This document shows positions 16,853 to 24,737 of a stretch of DNA of 64,000 nucleotides, piece by piece. Numbering within the stretch: position 1 is the first letter of the stretch; each line of letters begins with the position of its first letter. This DNA comes from Bacteroidales bacterium (GTDB lineage: Bacteria; Bacteroidota; Bacteroidia; Bacteroidales; JAADJA01), in the NCBI GenBank assembly GCA_020052415.1, contig JAGVPB010000004.1, positions 3,326 through 67,325 on the forward strand, in the 5' to 3' direction. Both the position numbers and the translations under genes were made by a program. The notes under the pieces were generated by a model, which ran no database searches, was not told the origin of the DNA, and worked only from the letters and a program-made list of their open reading frames with translations.

Positions 16853-16860
16853 CAAAGATA
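16853..16860 (-). promoter_or_regulatory. Bacteroidetes-type -7 promoter box driving the toxin remnant and antitoxin
   Basis: Reverse complement TATCTTTG matches TAnnTTTG; 6 nt upstream of the remnant ATG (16846). Confidence 0.45.
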
Positions 16861-16934
16861 GGTAATGTTGTCCGAATGTACAACTTTATTTTTGAGCAAT
16901 CGAAATTTTGTCTGAAAGTCGGTTAGGACGGTTT

Positions 16935-17131
16935 CTGAGAACCGTGAACTGAGAACCGAGTTGCCACAGATTCACAGATTAAAGGGTTATGAATAAATGA
17001 ATAATGAATGACCAGTTTTAACCGCAATGTTTAACTGAGAACCGTGAACTGAGAACAGAATTGCCACAGATTCACAGATTAAAGGTTAAGAATAAGTGAA
17101 TAATGAATGGCCTGTATTAAACGGCAATCTT
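16935..17131. repeat. Two tandem ~100-bp repeat units (B, C)
   Basis: Unit B starts at 16935 and unit C at 17035 (period 100). Both read ctgagaaccgtgaactgagaac.ga.ttgccacagattcacagattaaagg..ta..aataa.tgaataatgaatg.cc.gt.tta.ac.gcaat.ttta. Confidence 0.85.
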
Positions 17132-17214
17132 TATTAGTTGCCGGGTTGGCTAATTAAGACACAAGTGATGCTTGCGCACGAGGCTATGCTTGAACACTTG
17201 TGGCAGCAAGGCTG

Positions 17215-17544
17215 TTAGCCTTTCGTGGCTTTGTTTTCAAGGATTATCTCAATTCCATTTTTCTCTATCTCGCAGGCAAAAGGATTCATGGCGTTAAAAT
17301 CCTTTTCTCCAATTGGATGAGGTTTAATTCTCAAATCTATCTTTCTTCTTAATCTCATAAGCAGCATCTGGGTTGAAAAGAAATTGGTCATGTTTTCAAG
17401 CACCAATGCTATGTCAATATCGCTTTCTTCCCGTTCCTTACCTTTTGCGTATGAACCATATTAATATACCTTCTTCAACCCCAGGTCCTCAGGGATTTGA
17501 GAAATGTATTTCCGTGCTGTTCCTATAATTGCCGAATTAACCAT
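17215..17544 (-). pseudogene. Minimal nucleotidyltransferase (MNT-type antitoxin) gene interrupted by an in-frame TAA
   Basis: My reverse-strand translation from ATG 17544: MVNSAIIGTARKYISQIPEDLGLKKVY*YGSYAKGKEREESDIDIALVLENMT... The stop (17461-17463) falls where this family has Leu (LYGSxARG), so TTA to TAA is plausible. GS...DxD motifs are otherwise intact. No HEPN partner follows. Confidence 0.7.
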
Positions 17545-17627
17545 GTCCTGATATTTTCAATTCTGGCAGCCCATAAATTAGTAAACTCTTTGGTGCAGAG
17601 TTTATAGAAATCGGATTACTATTCTTG

Positions 17628-17701
17628 TGGAGCATAAGGGAATCGAACCCTTGACCTTTAGACTGCCAGTCTAACGCTCTAGCCAACTGAGCTAATGCCC
17701 C
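17628..17701 (-). tRNA. tRNA-Ala (anticodon GGC)
   Basis: Reverse complement GGGGCATTAGCTCAGTTGGCTAGAGCGTTAGACTGGCAGTCTAAAGGTCAAGGGTTCGATTCCCTTATGCTCCA folds as a cloverleaf. It has the G3:U70 alanine identity pair and anticodon loop CTGGCAG. CCA is not encoded. Confidence 0.95.
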
Positions 17702-17740
17702 TTTACAATTTCAAATGAACAAGCCGCTATAAGAACCGCG

Positions 17741-17748
17741 CAAAAGTA
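17741..17748 (-). promoter_or_regulatory. Bacteroidetes-type -7 box upstream of tRNA-Ala
   Basis: Reverse complement TACTTTTG matches TAnnTTTG; 39 nt upstream of the tRNA 5' end. Confidence 0.35.
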
Positions 17749-17778
17749 TAAATTTACCGGCAAATAAAATATTGTTTT

Positions 17779-18336
17779 ATGAAGCGGTTATTTGCAGCAA
17801 TCAAAATACATCCTTCTCCGGAGTTAATAAGAATTTATACCGAATTACAAAATTCCCTGCGGATCAACAATATAAAATGGGTGGACGTAAATAATATCCA
17901 CATCACCCTGAAATTTTTCGGAGAAACTGAAGAATCAAGGATCAGTGAAATTAATAATGCACTGGCTGAGGTTGCATCTCAAAACTCATCCTTCGTTATT
18001 AATCTTAAAAATTCAGGAATTTTCGGGAGCTCTTACAATCCGCGCGTGGTCTGGTTCGGAATTGAAAAAAATCCTTCCCTGGAAAAGCTGGCGGTGGAAG
18101 TTCTTGAAACCATGGATAAAACCGGATTTGAGAAGGACAGGCAAAACTTTGTTCCTCATCTTACTGTTGGCAGGATTAAACAGGTAAAAGACAGGAGAAT
18201 TTTTCAGGAAGTAATTGACAAGTATAGAACTGTTGACGTTCAGGAGGAAAAAGTTGACAGGTTTTTACTTTTTGAGAGTATTCTCAAGCCACGCGGACCG
18301 GAATACAGGATACTCGAAACCTTCCTTTTAAAATAA
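17779..18336 (+). CDS. thpR: RNA 2',3'-cyclic phosphodiesterase (2H phosphoesterase, LigT/ThpR)
   Basis: 185 aa with the two H-x-T/S-x motifs HITLKF and HLTVGR at the expected spacing. Confidence 0.85.
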   Translation: MKRLFAAIKIHPSPELIRIYTELQNSLRINNIKWVDVNNIHITLKFFGETEESRISEINNALAEVASQNSSFVINLKNSGIFGSSYNPRVVWFGIEKNPSLEKLAVEVLETMDKTGFEKDRQNFVPHLTVGRIKQVKDRRIFQEVIDKYRTVDVQEEKVDRFLLFESILKPRGPEYRILETFLLK

Positions 18337-18389
18337 AAAAAAGCCTGCATAAAAAGCAAGCCTTTAATGTAAGGGATATTAAACCTGAT

Positions 18390-18746
18390 TCATTTCTTTT
18401 CGTTTTCCTCTTTAAACATTTTGCGGGCAAGAAAATAGTTCAAGAGGAGGGCTACGCCACCGAAAAGAAAGATCATTGAAAAATATGCGGCTTCCGGCGC
18501 CTCAATAAATGGGCCAGTGGCAGCAAGAATGCTCCCGATTAAAATGCCCAACGCAATGCCTATGAGTAGCAATCCATATTTCAGGGAATATTCGTTTTTT
18601 CCCTTAGGGGCAGCAAAAAATACGGAGGCATCAACTCCTTTTTCAAGCATCGCCATTCGTTCTTTCCTCCTGATGCCTAAATATACGATGGCTACAATTG
18701 CTCCAAAAATTACCATTAATACTAAAACCGGTGTTAAATCGCTCAT
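18390..18746 (-). CDS. Small integral membrane protein, unknown function
   Basis: 118 aa; three predicted hydrophobic helices; RRKERMAMLEKG loop. Confidence 0.55.
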   Translation of the reverse strand: MSDLTPVLVLMVIFGAIVAIVYLGIRRKERMAMLEKGVDASVFFAAPKGKNEYSLKYGLLLIGIALGILIGSILAATGPFIEAPEAAYFSMIFLFGGVALLLNYFLARKMFKEENEKK

Positions 18747-18979
18747 AACATGATGTTTTAAATGTTCATTAATTTTACTTTCAAAAACTTTGACGCCTTT
18801 AATAATTATCGGTTACAATAAAATTTTTGTTTGATGAGTAGTGTGTATCAAACACATTCTTATTAAAGCAGAAAATTAAAATACAAAATAAGAAATGTTT
18901 AATCAGAAATAATATCTAACCACACATAAAGTATTATTATCATTGTAACCGCTTATAGGTTTACCCGTCTAAATTAAAA

Positions 18980-19558
18980 ATGATGGATCAGGGCGACAAT
19001 TTTTATATTGATAAAGTTTTGAAAAATGACCTTAATGCCTATTCGGTTCTGGTTGACAGGCATAAGGACATGGTTTATTCCATCGCACTGAAGATTCTTA
19101 AAAACAGGGAGGATGCAGAGGAACTGGCGCAGGACGTATTTATGAAAGCATACCAGTCGCTCAAATCCTTCAAAAGAGAATCGAAGTTTTCGACCTGGCT
19201 TTATAGAATTGCATATAATTCAGCTATTTCAAAGACAAGGAAAAAACAATTTATAACAACAGACCTCGATTATAATATCGTGGAGAATTATTCAATAGAT
19301 GAAATTAAAGAGGATGTTGAGCGTCTCAGTGATGACGAACAGAAAAAAATAGTAAATACGATTCTCGAAAAATTAAACCCCGAAGAAAGTATTCTAATTA
19401 CGTTATTTTATTTTAGTGAAAAAACGACTGAAGACATAAGCATCATTACGGGTTTATCACAGTCGAATGTAAAAGTCAGATTGCACCGTTTGAGAAAGCG
19501 CTTGCTGACTGAAGTGCAATCGCAAATTCAAAAAAGTAATAAGGAGATATTCAGATGA
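18980..19558 (+). CDS. ECF-type RNA polymerase sigma-70 family factor
   Basis: 192 aa; region 2 DAEELAQDVFMKAYQSLKSFKRESKFSTWLYRIAYN; region 4 TEDISIITGLSQSNVKVRLHRLRKRL; ATGA overlap with the next ORF. Confidence 0.85.
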   Translation: MMDQGDNFYIDKVLKNDLNAYSVLVDRHKDMVYSIALKILKNREDAEELAQDVFMKAYQSLKSFKRESKFSTWLYRIAYNSAISKTRKKQFITTDLDYNIVENYSIDEIKEDVERLSDDEQKKIVNTILEKLNPEESILITLFYFSEKTTEDISIITGLSQSNVKVRLHRLRKRLLTEVQSQIQKSNKEIFR

Positions 19559-19989
19559 TAAATAACAGGGACAATACCGATGATTTTCTTAAAGGTTTTA
19601 TACAGAAATCGGGTTTGGAAAGCCCTTCGGATGGATTTACGAGCCGGGTTATCAGGAAGATTGAGAATGAAGTTGCTGAGCAACCATTGCAAATGAATAT
19701 TTACCGAAAACTACGCAGCTGGTATATTGTGATATTTTCAGGTATAGCAGCGGTCGCATATACTGTTTATTATTTTATCCATAGCAACTTACAATTTATA
19801 TCTGGAGATTATGATCCGATGATCATCCCGGTATTTAAAAAATTGTTCCTCAGCTTTAAAGAATTGTTACCAGGTCTTAAAGTTTCTTCCTTTACAGTGG
19901 TTATTATTTTAGCCATCACCGGCCTTTTTCTGATAGACAGGCTGATAAACAAATTCCGCACACGAAAAAACATTCTTTTTTCATTATAA
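19555..19989 (+). CDS. Membrane protein coupled to the ECF sigma (possible anti-sigma)
   Basis: 144 aa; cytoplasmic N-terminus then two hydrophobic helices; start overlaps the sigma stop. No zf-HC2 motif seen. Confidence 0.5.
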   Translation: MINNRDNTDDFLKGFIQKSGLESPSDGFTSRVIRKIENEVAEQPLQMNIYRKLRSWYIVIFSGIAAVAYTVYYFIHSNLQFISGDYDPMIIPVFKKLFLSFKELLPGLKVSSFTVVIILAITGLFLIDRLINKFRTRKNILFSL

Positions 19990-20054
19990 ATGGATTTTTT
20001 CAGTTAAATTCGTGTTAAAAATTAAATTTTTCGTCAAAAAGGAATTTTTTGTTG

Positions 20055-20062
20055 TATATTTG
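20055..20062 (+). promoter_or_regulatory. Bacteroidetes-type -7 promoter box
   Basis: TATATTTG matches TAnnTTTG; 78 nt upstream of ATG 20141. Confidence 0.4.
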
Positions 20063-20140
20063 CAAATTGGTTAAAAACCGTTTTGGAAAATATAAGATAT
20101 ATTACAACTACAACAAAGCAACCAATATAAAAATATTATT

Positions 20141-22339
20141 ATGAAAAAACGTGTACTTTTTGCATTTTTCTATGCGGTGATTCTTGCAACCCTGCTGAAT
20201 GCTCAAAATCAGTATGCTCTTCGATTCGACGGAACAAATGATTATGTAGAGTGCGGCAGTGATGCAAGCCTAGACATAACAGGTCCCATTACCATTGAGG
20301 CTTGGGTTTATTTAAATGGACACATAGGTATATATAAAAGATTCGTTGAAAAGGATTGGACAAATTCCTATTTTTTTGGTGGAAAATACGGTATAGATGG
20401 TGTGGCTTTTGGAATGGATCCAAATGGAGACCAGGCGAATATTCTGGAAACAGCGAATTATTCCCTTCCAACTTATACCTGGGTTCATGTAGCAGGTTGG
20501 TGGGATGGTTCAACACTGAAAATTTTTATCAACGGTGAGGAGTCTGCCAGCATGCCGTGGGTAAATGTCGCTGATGGCTCTCCAAGATCAGTCAAAATTG
20601 GAAAGTATTATACAACGCCTGAAAATCTCTTAAATGGTTATCTGGATGAAATCAGGATTTGGAGCGAGGCCAGGACACTTACACAAATCAGGGATAATAT
20701 GTACAGGGAACTCCCGAATCCCGCCTCCGAACCTAACCTGGCCGCTTACTGGCGCTGTAATGAAGGTATCGGTCAAACGATCGAGGATCTAAGTATTAAC
20801 AACAATACGGGTTATCGCGGAGGTACTGCCGCTGTTGAGGTATCTGATCCAACATGGATAGTATCCACAGCACCGATTCCCTATTATACTGCAGCCAACG
20901 GATCATGGAATACGAATGCAACCTGGGCGGCCTATCAAATGGCTCCGACAAAAGACTGGGCTAGAGTTAATATTAAGAACACCGTGAATGTAAATTCTGA
21001 TGAAACTGCAATTGATGTAATGATAAGCAATACCGGCAGAATGACGGTTGATAATACTTATACACTTAATGTTACAGGCGACTTCAGAGTAAAATCAGAT
21101 GCTTCTGGAACCGGTTCTTTTATCAATAACGGAACCTTCAATTACGCAAATGCTTACGTCGAAAGATATTACCCCGGCGATGAATGGCACTTGATTTCAT
21201 CACCGATTGCAGATGCCGTGTCAGGATTATTTACCGGTCTGTACCTTCAAAATCACAGTGAAGCCCTGAACAGTTTCTCCGATATCATACCTGTGAATAT
21301 TCCTATGAATCCCGGTCAGGGTTATGCTATTTGGAATTTTGTTGAGGCAACCGCAGAATTCAACGGTACCTTAAATACAGGTATAATAAACAGATCACTT
21401 ACCAGATCGGGCGCTGGAAATAATTTCGGATGGAACCTCATGGGCAATCCGTATTGTTCTTCTATTGACTGGGATGCTGCTACCGGATGGACCAAAACTA
21501 ATGTGGATAACGCAATCTATTTACACATTAACGCTTCAACCTGGGCAAGTTATGTTGCCGGGGTTGGCATAAACGGAGGTACAAGATATATTGCACCCGG
21601 ACAGGGATATTTTGTGATGGTTTCTGATGATGGTTCAACTTCGGGGACACTTAATTCCAGCGATGCGGTAAGGGTTCACAACAATACTTCCTTCTTTAAA
21701 AGCGAGGTTGCCGACCTTGTAAGGATTGAGATTTCAGGAAACGGGTATGCTGATGAAACGGTTATCCGGTTTGTTGGTGATGCCACAGTAACCTTTGATA
21801 GTGAGTATGACGCCGTAAAGCTTTTCGGTGGTGTTGAAGAATCTGCACAGGTTTATTGCCCTGCTGAAGTACCTTATTCTATTAATGCTCTGCCGGAAAC
21901 AAATAAAGTTAACATTGGATTTCAATCCGGATCAGGCGGAACATATACAATCGCAGCTACTGAAGTAAACGATTTGCAGGTTGTAATTCTTGAAGACACT
22001 GAAATAAACAGTTTCACGGATCTAAAATCAGGCAGTTATCCCTTTACAACAAATGCCGGTACCTTTGATGACCGTTTTATAATTCATTTTCAACCGTTGG
22101 CCGTTAATGAACAGTTAATTAACCCGGATCAGATATTTGCTTTCAACGGTAAAGTGTATGTGAAATCTAATGATAAAGTAAGCGGTGAAATCAATATTTA
22201 CAACATCATGGGGCAATTGATCAATTCTGTTCCTCTTGAAACCGGTGCGTCTGGTATTGATATTGAGAAATCAGGTAATTATATTGTTACCGTGGTTTCG
22301 AATTCAAATATTACGACTAAAAAAGTATTTATAAGATAA
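20141..22339 (+). CDS. LamG/concanavalin-like domain protein with T9SS type-A C-terminal sorting domain
   Basis: 732 aa with a signal peptide. N-terminal ALRFDGTNDYVECG...ITIEAWVYLN...LDEIRIWS (LamG-like jelly roll). C-terminal INIYNIMGQLINSV...GNYIVTVVSNSNITTKKVFIR (T9SS CTD pattern). Confidence 0.75.
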   Translation: MKKRVLFAFFYAVILATLLNAQNQYALRFDGTNDYVECGSDASLDITGPITIEAWVYLNGHIGIYKRFVEKDWTNSYFFGGKYGIDGVAFGMDPNGDQANILETANYSLPTYTWVHVAGWWDGSTLKIFINGEESASMPWVNVADGSPRSVKIGKYYTTPENLLNGYLDEIRIWSEARTLTQIRDNMYRELPNPASEPNLAAYWRCNEGIGQTIEDLSINNNTGYRGGTAAVEVSDPTWIVSTAPIPYYTAANGSWNTNATWAAYQMAPTKDWARVNIKNTVNVNSDETAIDVMISNTGRMTVDNTYTLNVTGDFRVKSDASGTGSFINNGTFNYANAYVERYYPGDEWHLISSPIADAVSGLFTGLYLQNHSEALNSFSDIIPVNIPMNPGQGYAIWNFVEATAEFNGTLNTGIINRSLTRSGAGNNFGWNLMGNPYCSSIDWDAATGWTKTNVDNAIYLHINASTWASYVAGVGINGGTRYIAPGQGYFVMVSDDGSTSGTLNSSDAVRVHNNTSFFKSEVADLVRIEISGNGYADETVIRFVGDATVTFDSEYDAVKLFGGVEESAQVYCPAEVPYSINALPETNKVNIGFQSGSGGTYTIAATEVNDLQVVILEDTEINSFTDLKSGSYPFTTNAGTFDDRFIIHFQPLAVNEQLINPDQIFAFNGKVYVKSNDKVSGEINIYNIMGQLINSVPLETGASGIDIEKSGNYIVTVVSNSNITTKKVFIR

Positions 22340-22372
22340 TATTGTAACTTTGAAATCTCTAAAATTTAAGAT

Positions 22373-22594
22373 ATGAAAAAATCTATTAAAGTCTTAGCCA
22401 TAGCGGTGTTGTTAACGGCAGCTCCTTTAATTATATCGGCACAGTATCTCCCGACGCATCCGAATGGTGGAAATGATCCCGGCCCAACAAATACTCCGGT
22501 AGGTGGTGCGGCACCAATTGACGGCGGATTATCCATTCTATTGGTATTGGGTGCTGCTTATGGGTCAAAAAAAATATTTCAGCAGCAGAAATAA
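22373..22594 (+). CDS. 73-aa secreted mini-protein with a PEP-CTERM-like (P-I-D) C-terminal sorting-signal architecture
   Basis: Signal peptide MKKSIKVLAIAVLLTAAPLIISAQ; a Gly/Pro-rich 30-aa core; then APIDGG + hydrophobic helix LSILLVLGAAYG + basic SKKIFQQQK. Confidence 0.5.
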   Translation: MKKSIKVLAIAVLLTAAPLIISAQYLPTHPNGGNDPGPTNTPVGGAAPIDGGLSILLVLGAAYGSKKIFQQQK

Positions 22595-22616
22595 GGTATT
22601 TAAAATAATCCATGAA

Positions 22617-22647
22617 AAGGCTATCCGGCTCGTGGATAGCCTTTTTT
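22617..22647 (+). terminator. Rho-independent terminator
   Basis: 10-bp perfect stem aaggctatcc(22617-22626)/ggatagcctt(22634-22643), 7-nt loop, T-run. Confidence 0.7.
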
Positions 22648-22675
22648 ATTTGTGTAAATTGAAACCCTGATTTAT

Positions 22676-22683
22676 TAATTTTG
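22676..22683 (+). promoter_or_regulatory. Bacteroidetes-type -7 promoter box upstream of glnS
   Basis: TAATTTTG matches TAnnTTTG; 20 nt upstream of ATG 22704. Confidence 0.5.
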
Positions 22684-22703
22684 CCCGCTTTAAAAATATT
22701 CTA

Positions 22704-24422
22704 ATGGAAAGCAACGAAAAGAAAACTGAAGAATTGAAATCACCGGAAACGAAGTCACTGAATTTCCTCGAAAACATCATTGAAGAAGATATCCGAAATA
22801 ATAAAAATAGCGGGATAATTCTTACCCGATTTCCTCCCGAACCTAATGGCTACCTTCATATAGGCCATGCAAAATCAATTTGTTTAAATTTTGGCCTCGC
22901 TCAAAAGTATAATGGAAAATGCAATTTAAGATTTGATGATACCAATCCGACAAAGGAAGAAGAAGAGTATGTAAACTCCATCATGGAGGACATCCGGTGG
23001 CTGGGTTTTGACTGGGAAAACCGTCTTTATTATGCTTCCGATTATTTCGACCAGCTGTATGAATGGGCTTTAAAGATGGTGAAAGAAGGAAAGGCTTATG
23101 TTGACGACCAGTCGTCCGAAATCATCAGTGAACAGCGAGGTGTGCCTACCCGGCCCGGAATTGAAAGTTCTTACAGAAAACGTACAGTTACGGAAAATCT
23201 CGATTTATTTGAACGCATGAAAAAGGGTGAGTTTCCAGACGGAACGCGTGTTTTGAGAGCAAAAGGTGATATGAGTTCTCCCAATATGCACATGCGCGAT
23301 CCGGTAATGTACAGGATCATGCATGCCACCCATCACAGGACGGGAAACAAATGGTGCATCTATCCGATGTACGATTATGCACACGGCCAATCGGACTATC
23401 TCGAAGGTATAACACATTCTATTTGTACACTTGAATTTGAAATTCACAGACCCCTTTACGAATGGTTTCTTGATAACTTAATTGAAACAGAATACCGCCC
23501 CCGTCAATATGAGTTTGCGAGGCTTAATCTGAGCTATACCGTGATGAGCAAACGAAAGTTGCTTGAACTGGTTAAAGATGGTTATGTCAAAGGCTGGGAT
23601 GATCCCCGGATGCCAACCATTTCAGGCATGAGACGACGCGGCTATACCCCTGAGGCTATTCGTAATTTTGCCGAGAAAGTTGGAGTCGCAAAACGTGAAA
23701 ATGTGATTGATGTCGGGTTGCTTGAGTTTACTGTCAGGGAACACCTCAATAAAATCGCTCCAAGAATATTCGCAGTGCTTGATCCGGTAAAAGTGATTAT
23801 TACCAACTATCCTGAAGGCAAGATCGAAAACCTTCATCTTGAAGTCAATCCTGAAGATCCTGAATTGGGTTACAGGGATGTGCCACTCAGCAGAGAAGTC
23901 TATATCGAAAAAGAAGACTTTATGGAAGATCCTCCCAGTAAATTTTTCCGGCTTGGACCGGGCAGAGAGGTAAGATTAAAAGGCGCATACATTATCCGGT
24001 GTGAAAGTTTTAAAAAAGACGATGCGGGAAATATCCAGGAAATTTATTGTACCTATGATCCGGAGACTAAAAGCGGTTCGGGAAGCCAGAAGAAAGTAAA
24101 GGGTACTCTGCACTGGGTTTCAGCCAAACATGCCATTGATGCCGAGATCAGGCTATACGACAGGCTTTTCATCAATGAATTTCCTGATGAAGTAGAACAG
24201 GAAGAGTTGGATTTCAAGGTTAATCTGAATCCCGGTTCATTAAAAGTAATAACCGGTAAAATAGAGCCAGGTGTAAAAGATGCCAAACCATCAGATAAAT
24301 TTCAGTTTCAGAGGTTGGGTTATTTCTGTGTGGATAGTGACTCAACCGAAGGAAAATTGGTTTTTAACAGAACGGTAACCCTTAAAGAAACCTGGACAAA
24401 ATTAAAAGATAAAACAGATTAG
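22704..24422 (+). CDS. glnS: Glutamine--tRNA ligase
   Basis: 572 aa; HIGH-type [14 protein letters not shown]; KMSKS-type VMSKRK. Overall class I GlnRS layout with a C-terminal anticodon-binding domain. Confidence 0.97.
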   Translation: MESNEKKTEELKSPETKSLNFLENIIEEDIRNNKNSGIILTRFPPEPNGYLHIGHAKSICLNFGLAQKYNGKCNLRFDDTNPTKEEEEYVNSIMEDIRWLGFDWENRLYYASDYFDQLYEWALKMVKEGKAYVDDQSSEIISEQRGVPTRPGIESSYRKRTVTENLDLFERMKKGEFPDGTRVLRAKGDMSSPNMHMRDPVMYRIMHATHHRTGNKWCIYPMYDYAHGQSDYLEGITHSICTLEFEIHRPLYEWFLDNLIETEYRPRQYEFARLNLSYTVMSKRKLLELVKDGYVKGWDDPRMPTISGMRRRGYTPEAIRNFAEKVGVAKRENVIDVGLLEFTVREHLNKIAPRIFAVLDPVKVIITNYPEGKIENLHLEVNPEDPELGYRDVPLSREVYIEKEDFMEDPPSKFFRLGPGREVRLKGAYIIRCESFKKDDAGNIQEIYCTYDPETKSGSGSQKKVKGTLHWVSAKHAIDAEIRLYDRLFINEFPDEVEQEELDFKVNLNPGSLKVITGKIEPGVKDAKPSDKFQFQRLGYFCVDSDSTEGKLVFNRTVTLKETWTKLKDKTD

Positions 24423-24448
24423 AAAATTTGTTTTCCTGAATAAAATAC

Positions 24449-24456
24449 TATTTTTG
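24449..24456 (+). promoter_or_regulatory. Bacteroidetes-type -7 box upstream of tRNA-Gln
   Basis: TATTTTTG matches TAnnTTTG; 9 nt upstream of the tRNA 5' end. Confidence 0.45.
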
Positions 24457-24465
24457 CACCGCTTT

Positions 24466-24538
24466 TGCCCGATGGTGTAACTGGCAACACGTCTGACTCT
24501 GAATCAGAAGAGTCCAGGTTCGACCCCTGGTCGGGCAA
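24466..24538 (+). tRNA. tRNA-Gln (anticodon CTG)
   Basis: TGCCCGATGGTGTAACTGGCAACACGTCTGACTCTGAATCAGAAGAGTCCAGGTTCGACCCCTGGTCGGGCAA. Acceptor TGCCCGA/TCGGGCA with U1:A72, D stem GTGT/ACAC, anticodon stem TCTGA/TCAGA with loop CTCTGAA, T stem CCAGG/CCTGG. Confidence 0.93.
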
Positions 24539-24546
24539 CAAAATTC

Positions 24547-24574
24547 AATCCTGGTTTATAACCGGGATTTTTTA
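24547..24574 (+). terminator. Rho-independent terminator after tRNA-Gln
   Basis: 10-bp stem aatcctggtt/aaccgggatt (one G:U), 3-nt loop, followed by tttttt. Confidence 0.65.
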
Positions 24575-24737
24575 TTGGACAATCATCACCAAAATAAAAT
24601 TCCTGGCTACGGAAAATCAACTTAACCTTAGGAGTTTGAATAACTGTGGCAGTCTGGCTTTATGAAAAGGTGAAACGGATATTTAGTTTGTGATACAAAT
24701 GAATAAACTTTCAGAAAACATTAACAGCGGACTGCCT

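Noticed and set aside
16300-17780. Direct repeat of the tRNA-Ala 3' end (att site), or an integrase, delimiting an integrated element
   Set aside because: I could not find any copy of tggagcataagggaatcgaacc or a substantial part of it elsewhere in 16300-17627. No integrase or recombinase ORF exists in the window. The islet interpretation therefore rests only on gene content.
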